A DNA stretch of 64,000 nucleotides from an uncultured Clostridia bacterium (lineage in GTDB: Bacteria > Bacillota > Clostridia > Christensenellales > CAG-917), in NCBI GenBank assembly GCA_963545485.1, contig CAUUJG010000001.1, positions 105,446 to 169,445 of the forward strand, written 5' to 3'. Below, piece by piece: positions 38,172-46,175 of this stretch. The position numbers were made by a program, and so were the translations under genes. How positions within the stretch are numbered: the first letter of the stretch is position 1; each line of letters begins with the position of its first letter. Below the pieces are notes generated by a model. It was not told where the DNA came from. It searched no databases and saw only the letters and a program-made list of their open reading frames with translations.

Positions 38172-39374
38172 CTAAAGAGAGAAGAAATCTTTTATGAGTT
38201 CTGTCGAATCAGAATAATATATTCCACTAGTTTTTGCGTTTTCTTCACTATATATATTGTCTGTACCTAATGCGGTTTTACTTGAATACATTAAGAAAGG
38301 AACAGGTTCAGAAGAGTGAGTTAATAAAGAAATTGGAGTATAGTGATCTGGTAAAACGAGCATTGCAAAATCTTCGTGTCCCTTGAGGTTGTTAAATATA
38401 TGACCTATGATTTTTTCATCAATCAGTTCTATCGCCTTTACCTTGCCTTTTAAATCACCTTGATGTCCGCATTCGTCAGCTGCTTCGAGATGAACAAATA
38501 CAAAATCAACATCATTAAGTATATTTAGAGCCGCATCAGCTTTTCCAGTGAAGTTTGTGTTGATAGTTCCAGTTGCGCCCTCAACATCTATGCTTTTCAT
38601 TTTTGCACCTATTGCAATACCTTTAAGAAGATCTACTGCTGAAATCATTGCTCCAGACTTATTGTATTTTTCTTTAAAAGCAGTCAATTTAGGTCTAGTA
38701 CCTTCTCCCCAGAACCAAATTGCATTAGCAGGATGCAAGCCCTTTGCTATTCGCTCTTTATTTATAGGGTGATCTTTAAGCAACTCATATGATTTTTTTA
38801 TATAGTCAGTGAGTTGTTCCCCAAGAGTGCCTTTTGGCAAAAAATCTTTGATACATTTACCAGTAATGTCATGTGGAGGTGTTAAAATTTCTTCAGGCTT
38901 GGCATGTTTTATTATAAGACAATGTCTGTAGCTTACGCCGGCATAAAATAGAAAGTTGGGAGTACCCAATTTAGAATTAATAAATTCAATTAGTATTTTG
39001 GCTTCGGCAGTTGAAATTTCTGAAGAAGAGTAGTCTATAAGTTTTTTATCTTCAAAAATTTTATCATCTGACAGTGTAACAAGATTTGTTCTAAGAGCTA
39101 GATCATCTATCGCCATATCGATGCCTATAGATAGAGCTTCGAGAGGACTACGACCTGTATATGATTCGGATGCTTTATATCCGAGAACTCCTAAATTTGC
39201 AACATCGCTACCAGGTTTATATCCATCTGCAATAGTCTTTACGAGACCAATTTTCCCTGTTTTTGCCATTAGATCCATATATGGCGTTTTAGCAAACTCT
39301 AAAGGTGTCTTATTACCAATTTCGGGTATTTTATAATCACCCATCCCATCACATAAAACTAATATATATTTCAT
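38172..39374 (-). CDS. cofactor-independent phosphoglycerate mutase, archaeal ApgM type (the family also contains proposed homoserine kinases)
   Basis: Start moved to MKYILVLCDGMGD at 39374, after AGGAG. Metalloenzyme motifs DGMGD, HLEAADECGH, VLPDHYTP. Confidence 0.8.
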   Translation of the reverse strand: MKYILVLCDGMGDYKIPEIGNKTPLEFAKTPYMDLMAKTGKIGLVKTIADGYKPGSDVANLGVLGYKASESYTGRSPLEALSIGIDMAIDDLALRTNLVTLSDDKIFEDKKLIDYSSSEISTAEAKILIEFINSKLGTPNFLFYAGVSYRHCLIIKHAKPEEILTPPHDITGKCIKDFLPKGTLGEQLTDYIKKSYELLKDHPINKERIAKGLHPANAIWFWGEGTRPKLTAFKEKYNKSGAMISAVDLLKGIAIGAKMKSIDVEGATGTINTNFTGKADAALNILNDVDFVFVHLEAADECGHQGDLKGKVKAIELIDEKIIGHIFNNLKGHEDFAMLVLPDHYTPISLLTHSSEPVPFLMYSSKTALGTDNIYSEENAKTSGIYYSDSTELIKDFFSL

Positions 39375-39438
39375 TTTGACAGCTCCTTTAAATGTCTTTG
39401 AACATCGATAAGTTAATCTTATATTACATATATCAAAA

Positions 39439-39457
39439 GTCAAATAACTTATTTGAC
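39439..39457. promoter_or_regulatory. perfect 9-1-9 palindrome GTCAAATAAcTTATTTGAC in the divergent apgM-type/nhaC intergenic region
   Basis: Reverse complement checked by hand. Overlaps a TTGACA hexamer (39453-39458). Confidence 0.5.
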
Positions 39458-39544
39458 AAGCCTTATCTAGATAATTTAAACTGAGCAAGATGTTTGGAGA
39501 ACACATGCCGTTATATATGGCAACAAAAATTAAATGTAACTGAA

Positions 39545-39574
39545 AAATAAAGCCCTTTGGGGCTTTATTTTTTA
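39545..39574. terminator. bidirectional-looking hairpin with A-run and T-run, 18 nt upstream of the nhaC start
   Basis: ataaagccc-tttg-gggctttat flanked by gaaaaa and tttttt. Confidence 0.6.
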
Positions 39575-39591
39575 TCTACGGGTAAATTATT

Positions 39592-41217
39592 ATGGATAAA
39601 ATTATAGGAACATTTTGGGCATTTGTACCGGCGATAGTAGCGATAGTATTGGCTTTAATAACAAAGCAAGTATATATATCACTTTTTTTAGGAATTCTTT
39701 TCGGTGGGATGCTGTTGGCAAAAGGTAATCCTTTATTTGCATTAGGTAAGATATTTGAATTGATGTCTGATCGTCTTGGAAAGAATGGCGGTATTTTAAT
39801 ATTTTTAGTTATGCTAGGAATATTGGTTGTCATGCTTGTAAGATCAGGAGCATCAGGTGCATACGGCAGATGGGCAGGTAGAAATATTAAAAGTCGTAAA
39901 GGTGCTTTATTAGTAACAGCAGGCTTAGGCGGAATGATATTTGTAGACGATTATTTTAACTGCCTTACAGTAGGATCTGTAATGAGACCTGTATCTGATA
40001 AGTTTAGAATTTCAAGAGCAAAACTTGCATATATAATAGATTCAACCGCAGCACCGATCTGTATTATAGCTCCAATATCAAGTTGGGCAGCTGCAGTCAC
40101 AGGACAGTTAAAGGGAGATGGCATAGTAGCATTCATCAAGACTATACCATTCAACTTATATTCAATAGTTACATTAATAATGATATTTTTTATGATAGGT
40201 ACAAGGCTTGATTTTGGGAAAATGCGTCAAAATGAAATCAATGCACTTAAAGGAGATATTTTTTCAGGTCAGTATGACTTGCCATGTGAAGATACGATAG
40301 ATGTCGTTAAGTCAAGCAGAGGTAGAGTGTTTGATCTTGTTGTACCTATAGTGATGCTTATAATCTTTTGTATAGGAAGTATGATATACAGCGGATATAC
40401 AACCGACTTTGATCATAGTACTATACAAAAACAATCTTTTGTTAAAGCATTTTCAAACGCAAATTCAAGTTTGGCACTTGCAGTGGGATCAACTTTAGCA
40501 GTGCTGTTTACAGCTATGTACTATCAGTTTAGAAAAGTAATGAACTTTAAAGATTTGATGGATAGTATTACACAAGGATTTAAATCGATGGTTCCTGCAA
40601 TTTTGATACTTATACTTGCATGGACGATATCTTCAGTAATCGGTGAAAATGGATTACAAGCTGATGTGTTCGTAAAGAAAATTGTGAGTGCGAATAGTGT
40701 AGGAATAGCGTTTATGCCAGCAGTGTTTTTTATACTAGCAAGCTTAATTTCATTCGCAACTGGAACGAGTTGGGGAACATTTGGAATATTAATTCCGCTT
40801 GCAACAGCAGTGCTTGGAAATGATCCTAATCCACAAGTACTTGTAACTATATCCGCAATACTAGCGGGTTCAGTTTATGGAGATCATATTTCTCCAATAT
40901 CAGATACAACAATACTTTCATCAAGTGGAGCACAATGCAATCATATAGAGCATGTAAAGACACAGATGCCGTATGCGACTCTTGTTGCGGGGATATCTCT
41001 AATTGGATATATAGCATTAGGAGCATTGGTATACAGAAAAAATCAATATGGATATGCAGCATTGTTGTCATTAACTTTGGGACCTGTATTAATACTGGGA
41101 ATTTTGTCAGTAATATTGTTTGTCCTGAAATCAAAGAAGAAATTACCACATCAAATTGTGGAATTTAATAAAAATAAAGGAGATGAAGATGAAGAAAGGA
41201 ATTATCACGAAGCTTAA
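39592..41217 (+). CDS. nhaC: Na+/H+ antiporter, NhaC family
   Basis: About 12 TM segments. FVDDYFNCLTVGSVMRPVSD...IIDSTAAPICIIAPISSWAA is typical of NhaC. Confidence 0.85.
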   Translation: MDKIIGTFWAFVPAIVAIVLALITKQVYISLFLGILFGGMLLAKGNPLFALGKIFELMSDRLGKNGGILIFLVMLGILVVMLVRSGASGAYGRWAGRNIKSRKGALLVTAGLGGMIFVDDYFNCLTVGSVMRPVSDKFRISRAKLAYIIDSTAAPICIIAPISSWAAAVTGQLKGDGIVAFIKTIPFNLYSIVTLIMIFFMIGTRLDFGKMRQNEINALKGDIFSGQYDLPCEDTIDVVKSSRGRVFDLVVPIVMLIIFCIGSMIYSGYTTDFDHSTIQKQSFVKAFSNANSSLALAVGSTLAVLFTAMYYQFRKVMNFKDLMDSITQGFKSMVPAILILILAWTISSVIGENGLQADVFVKKIVSANSVGIAFMPAVFFILASLISFATGTSWGTFGILIPLATAVLGNDPNPQVLVTISAILAGSVYGDHISPISDTTILSSSGAQCNHIEHVKTQMPYATLVAGISLIGYIALGALVYRKNQYGYAALLSLTLGPVLILGILSVILFVLKSKKKLPHQIVEFNKNKGDEDEERNYHEA

Positions 41218-42859
41218 GTCACGACCAAGTGGCAAAGAGTTTTTATTAAGTTTGCAACACATGTTTGCAATGTTCGGAGCAACAGTTACAGTTCCTATTA
41301 TTACGGGAATGGATGTATCTCTTGCCTTACTATCAGCAGGTATAGGAACCATACTATTCTATTTGCTTACGAAAAGAAAAGTACCAGTATTTCTCGGATC
41401 AAGCTTTGCATTCTTGCCAGGTATTTTAGCTGCAGGATATGGAAAACCAGGTAATAATTTGGCGGTAATGATAGCACTCTTTGCAGCAGGATGTGTGTAC
41501 CTTATATTTGCTGGAATTATAAAAGCGATAGGAGTTGAGAAGATTAAAAAGCTTTTTCCACCTATAGTTGTAGGTCCAGTAATTATAACGATAGGTCTTA
41601 CACTTGCAGGAACAGTGCTTTTGAACAACATATGGAATCCATCCTTACAAGGCAAAATGAATTTATACGGATTTGGACACTTAACTGGAGATAGTGGATG
41701 GAGATATTGGACTACAGCAATTATTACAGCACTTGTAATTGTAGTTACTAACGCATATGCAAAACCTAAATCATTTATGAAGGTAATACCAATACTGCTC
41801 GGATTTGGAGTAGGCTATATATATGGAATGGCAATAGGTATAGTTAATTTTAATCCTAATAGTAATCAATTTATATTTGCAAATACATATAACAAGGGAG
41901 GAATACCAAACATATTAGTTTTCCAAAGATATAAAGAGGTATGGGGATTCTGGAAAGATGGTTGGAGCGGTTTAGGAAATGGAGTTTTAGCAACAGCGAT
42001 GTTGTCTATCGTACCGATCGCAGTGGTAACATTTATGGAACATTTAGGAGATATAAGTGCAAACTCAGTTGTTTGTCAGAAAGACTTCATGGTGGATCCA
42101 GGCTTACATAGAACAGTACTCGGAGATGGAATAGCAACAATGGCATCAGCACTGCTTGGTGGACCTGCAAACACAACATATGGTGAAAATACAGCAGTAC
42201 TTGCAATAACTAAAAATTATAATCCGAAAAACATATTTATTGCTGCGGTGATGGCAATAAGTCTTGGTGTATTTACACCTTTTGCAGATTTCATAAGAGG
42301 AATTCCTTCAGCAGTAGTAGGTGGAGCGAGCTTGATACTGTTCGGAATGATAGCCGCAAATGGATTAAGAGCACTTGTAGATGCGAAAGTAAACTTCAGT
42401 AGTACGAAGAATATGATGGTAGTGTCAATAACACTTGCTTTAGGCTTAGGATTGGGAGCACTTTCATTGAGTGGAAAAAAAGTAGGCTTCAGTATCAAAG
42501 GTGGTGGATTCGTAGAGATTAGCTCACTTGCAATAGCAACGGTTGTAGCTGTAATATTGAATCTGATAATTCCATCAAAGAGAGGAAAAACACAAGAAGA
42601 AAAGGAATCAGAAGATAAACCATTATATACACTTGCTGGAAAGGTTATAGATGAAGAAAAAGACAAACAGTTGGAAGTATCAAATGATCAGACAGCAGAG
42701 CAACAGTCACTGCCAGAAAATGAACAGAAGGTTTTACCAGATGTAGAAAAAACTGTAGATGAAGTAGCTATAGAGGAAACCAAAGTTACAACAGACGATA
42801 CAGTTGTAGAAGAAATAAAAGTGGAAGAAACAAACAAGAAGAAAAAAAGGAAGGAATAA
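41189..42859 (+). CDS. uracil/xanthine permease (NCS2 family) with a roughly 95-aa acidic C-terminal tail
   Basis: LSLQHMFAMFGATVTVPIITG, TYGENTAVLAITK. ATG at 41189, 6 nt after AAGGAG. Directly upstream of upp. Confidence 0.88.
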   Translation: MKKGIITKLKSRPSGKEFLLSLQHMFAMFGATVTVPIITGMDVSLALLSAGIGTILFYLLTKRKVPVFLGSSFAFLPGILAAGYGKPGNNLAVMIALFAAGCVYLIFAGIIKAIGVEKIKKLFPPIVVGPVIITIGLTLAGTVLLNNIWNPSLQGKMNLYGFGHLTGDSGWRYWTTAIITALVIVVTNAYAKPKSFMKVIPILLGFGVGYIYGMAIGIVNFNPNSNQFIFANTYNKGGIPNILVFQRYKEVWGFWKDGWSGLGNGVLATAMLSIVPIAVVTFMEHLGDISANSVVCQKDFMVDPGLHRTVLGDGIATMASALLGGPANTTYGENTAVLAITKNYNPKNIFIAAVMAISLGVFTPFADFIRGIPSAVVGGASLILFGMIAANGLRALVDAKVNFSSTKNMMVVSITLALGLGLGALSLSGKKVGFSIKGGGFVEISSLAIATVVAVILNLIIPSKRGKTQEEKESEDKPLYTLAGKVIDEEKDKQLEVSNDQTAEQQSLPENEQKVLPDVEKTVDEVAIEETKVTTDDTVVEEIKVEETNKKKKRKE

Positions 42860-42862
42860 AAC

Positions 42863-43501
42863 ATGAAGAAGTTTGATAATGTAACAATTTTTGATCATCC
42901 ATTAATTAGACATAAAATAGCAATTTTAAGAGATGAGATGACAAGTATGAAAGAATTTAGAGAGCTTGTTGAAGAAATAACTACACTGATGGCGTACGAG
43001 TGTTTTAAAGATGTCCCAACAAAAAAAGTACAGGTAAAAACACCACTTGAAATTACTGAACAGACGATGGTTGCGGATAATGCTGTGTCGATCATTCCGA
43101 TATTAAGAGCAGGATTGGGTATGGTAAATGGGGTGCATACATTGTTTCCAACAGCTAAAGTAGGGCACATAGGATTATATAGAGATGAGGAGACTCTTGA
43201 GCCTCATGAATATTACTGTAAGTTACCTGACGGAATACAGGACAGTGTGGCAATATTATTGGATCCAATGTTAGCAACTGGCGGTAGTGCTATTGCTGCA
43301 ATAAAATTTTTAAAGGATAAAGGATGTAAAAATATAAGACTGATGAGTATTATTGGAGCACCTGAAGGAATTGAAAAAGTGGCCTTAAAGTATCCAGATG
43401 TAAGAATATATGTGTCTACACAGGATAGAGAGTTAAATGCGAATGGATATATTTTGCCAGGACTTGGGGATGCTGGCGATAGATTGTTTGGGACAAAATA
43501 G
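42863..43501 (+). CDS. upp: uracil phosphoribosyltransferase
   Basis: HPLIRHKIAILRD, ILRAGLGM, LLDPMLATGGSA, YILPGLGDAGDRLFGTK. Confidence 0.96.
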   Translation: MKKFDNVTIFDHPLIRHKIAILRDEMTSMKEFRELVEEITTLMAYECFKDVPTKKVQVKTPLEITEQTMVADNAVSIIPILRAGLGMVNGVHTLFPTAKVGHIGLYRDEETLEPHEYYCKLPDGIQDSVAILLDPMLATGGSAIAAIKFLKDKGCKNIRLMSIIGAPEGIEKVALKYPDVRIYVSTQDRELNANGYILPGLGDAGDRLFGTK

Positions 43502-43507
43502 TTCGTT

Positions 43508-43538
43508 AAGAGCATGCGATGCATGCTCTTTTTATTTT
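43508..43538 (+). terminator. intrinsic terminator after upp
   Basis: 10-bp stem aagagcatgc / gcatgctctt with loop gat, then tttatttt. Confidence 0.8.
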
Positions 43539-43640
43539 CAGCTGAGGTTGACCAAACATATTGTCAGTACATAGACTGTAGATATTGAGAGTTGCATTGT
43601 CTGAAAGGACAAAGAAACAAATAACAATAGCAGGTGATTT

Positions 43641-44261
43641 ATGATGCCGAGTAAAAAGAAGAAAATTGTACTAGCAATTATTTTATCATTATTGGCAATA
43701 TTAATTATTATTGCAATAACACTTGGGGCATGTTTAGGTAAAAAATCCAAGAAGCCACAACAGGGGAAGAAGGAAACTCCCTTGGAATTTCCAAAGTATA
43801 ATAAACCTATAAAAAAGGTAGTGGACAATGCCGATTATTATGTATCTACAGATGAAGGGAATGATGCGAATAGTGGAAGTAAAGCACAACCGTTTAAAAC
43901 TATTAAACAGGCACAGGACACAGTAAGAAAAATAATTCGTGAGAATCCGGATTCAATTAATAAAGATATTACAATCGCAGTAATGGGTGGTAAATACAAT
44001 ATTAAACAACCGCTTTCATTCGGGAAACAGGATGTAATACCAAACGGGCATAGAGTTGTTTATACATCATATAATTCCAAAGAAGTAGTGATTGATGGAG
44101 CACTTAATTTAAAAGGATCGGATTTTCAGGAGTTATCAGCAGAAGATTCAGCAAGATTAACAGAAAACGCAAGGAGCCATGTAAAGGTAGTAAATCTTTT
44201 TTCTTTGGGAGTGACATCTGAGGAAATAGATAAATTGTATGCTATAGGTGGATTTTCTTAA
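43641..44261 (+). CDS. membrane-anchored right-handed beta-helix protein, N-terminal segment (probably one gene with 44248..46017)
   Basis: N-terminal TM anchor. YYVSTDEGNDANSGSKAQPFKTIKQAQ matches the start of pectate-lyase-fold proteins. Ends at a TAA that overlaps the next ORF, which is in the +1 frame. Confidence 0.6.
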   Translation: MMPSKKKKIVLAIILSLLAILIIIAITLGACLGKKSKKPQQGKKETPLEFPKYNKPIKKVVDNADYYVSTDEGNDANSGSKAQPFKTIKQAQDTVRKIIRENPDSINKDITIAVMGGKYNIKQPLSFGKQDVIPNGHRVVYTSYNSKEVVIDGALNLKGSDFQELSAEDSARLTENARSHVKVVNLFSLGVTSEEIDKLYAIGGFS

Positions 44262-46017
44262 GGAAGAAAATATGGAGAGAAATGGGGACATCCTGAAGCA
44301 CTGGAAGTTTTTTTATGAAGATCAAAGGATGTCACTTGCAAGGTATCCAAATGAAGGTTATTCCAAGATAGGATCAATTGTTGATTATGGTGAAGCTGCC
44401 GAACATGTTGATGACATAATTAATTGGGGTGCAGTGGAATCTCCAAGACCTCCTAAATTTTTGGTTGACGATGAAATGAAAGACCATATGCAAAGATGGA
44501 AAAAACCAACAAGTGATTTAAATTCCATTTGGTCATATGGGTACTATTACTGGGACTGGGCAGATGCATCCACACCAGTTGCTGATTTTGATAGTACAAA
44601 AGGTCAGTTGAATGTTAAATATAGTTCTCCATACGGTATAAAAGAAGGACAAAATCATTATGTTTATAATGTCTTTGAAGAACTCGATAATGAAGGAGAA
44701 TATTATCTTGATAGAGTAACCGGGAATTTATATGTATATTTTCCGGATGCTAAAAATAAAGAAGTTAAAGTCAGTGTTTCTTTATTAAAAAAGAGCATTA
44801 TAAATGTCGATGAAAAGTCAAAGAATCTTACACTTGATGGAATGACAATAAAACATACTAGAGGTAACGGTATTGAAACTAAAGGAGACAATATTGTTAT
44901 AAGCAACATGTATATAAAGAATGTATCTTCCCATGGAATGAGGGTGGAAGGGCACAATAACACAATTAGAGACAATGAAGCTACCAAAATAGGGAAGAGC
45001 GGTATTGTCGCTGGATATGAATTGAAATATGTAGAAGGTGATGTAACTAACGATATTAGATTTCATGGATTGAGAATGGAGAACAATGTAGTTAAAAACA
45101 ATTACATACATTCATATGGAGAAATTCAAAAGACCTATAGTGCCGGAATATTCTTGTTAGGAGTGGGTAATAAGGCACAACATAATGAAATATTTGATGC
45201 ACCGCATATGGGGATTTTTTATGCAGGGAATGAACACATAATTGAATATAACTATGTACATCATGTAGTTAAAGAATCATCGGATGCAGGTGCTATTTAT
45301 TCTGGTAGAAATTTAAGTTACTTTGGGAATGTAATTAGATATAACGCTATAACGGATATTGGTAGTGGGAACTTCACCCCTAATGGTATATACTTTGACG
45401 ACTGTTTGGCGGGACAGGTAGCATATGGCAATCTTTTAGCAAACATACCGGGGAGTGGATTTCTTATAGGCGGCGGAAGAGAACATAAGATATATGATAA
45501 TCTCATAGTAAATGCAAAGATTTCAATCGAATATGATTCAAGAGCGTATGATGGCATTGACGGTGGTTGGTATAAAGATAATGTAAATAAACCAGACTCT
45601 AGACAATGGAAATTAATGAAAGATGCACAAAAGTTATATACTAACTGGCTTAACGATACTGAAAGCGTTGAGATCATGAAACGAAGTGAAGCGAAATATA
45701 GCAATATAATGAAAATGGTTGGATTCGATAAAAAGAAAGATGCCAATAGTGCGGCAACCCCAAACGGAGCGGTACATGGAAATATTGTGGTTTCTAAAGA
45801 TGGCACAATAGGAAAAATTTCCAATGTTGTAAAAGAAAATGGAAGAGTTGAGGAGAATAAAACATATAAAATTTCAGAAGATAAAGTAGTTTCATCATTT
45901 ATAGATTTGGCAAAAGGGAAGTATGCAATAAAAAAAGATAGTCTCATAGCAAGTGAAAATAAAAACTATAATTTTGTGCCATACAATAAGATAGGTCGGG
46001 TAAATGAAGAAGAATAA
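44248..46017 (+). CDS. right-handed parallel beta-helix repeat protein, C-terminal segment
   Basis: Repeated N-x-I/V turns (ISNMYIKN, IRDNEAT, VKNNYIH, HNEIFD, IEYNYVH). GTG start with no RBS. The frame is closed by TAG immediately upstream. Confidence 0.6.
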   Translation: MDFLKEENMERNGDILKHWKFFYEDQRMSLARYPNEGYSKIGSIVDYGEAAEHVDDIINWGAVESPRPPKFLVDDEMKDHMQRWKKPTSDLNSIWSYGYYYWDWADASTPVADFDSTKGQLNVKYSSPYGIKEGQNHYVYNVFEELDNEGEYYLDRVTGNLYVYFPDAKNKEVKVSVSLLKKSIINVDEKSKNLTLDGMTIKHTRGNGIETKGDNIVISNMYIKNVSSHGMRVEGHNNTIRDNEATKIGKSGIVAGYELKYVEGDVTNDIRFHGLRMENNVVKNNYIHSYGEIQKTYSAGIFLLGVGNKAQHNEIFDAPHMGIFYAGNEHIIEYNYVHHVVKESSDAGAIYSGRNLSYFGNVIRYNAITDIGSGNFTPNGIYFDDCLAGQVAYGNLLANIPGSGFLIGGGREHKIYDNLIVNAKISIEYDSRAYDGIDGGWYKDNVNKPDSRQWKLMKDAQKLYTNWLNDTESVEIMKRSEAKYSNIMKMVGFDKKKDANSAATPNGAVHGNIVVSKDGTIGKISNVVKENGRVEENKTYKISEDKVVSSFIDLAKGKYAIKKDSLIASENKNYNFVPYNKIGRVNEEE

Positions 46018-46119
46018 AAAAGGAAGAAATAATAAAGGTTTAAGAACCGATAGTGATTAGTATAAAAGGATAATGAAATTAAAAAATTTTAAATAAATTT
46101 GTTTGATTAATAAAATTGT

Positions 46120-46155
46120 AATTGATAATATTATATCGATATTTATTTATCAATT
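46120..46155. promoter_or_regulatory. nested 36-bp palindrome upstream of adhE
   Basis: Arms AATTGATAA (46120-46128) and TTATCAATT (46147-46155) around a central ATATCGATAT (46133-46142). Confidence 0.45.
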
Positions 46156-46175
46156 AAAAAAATAATGGAGAAGAT

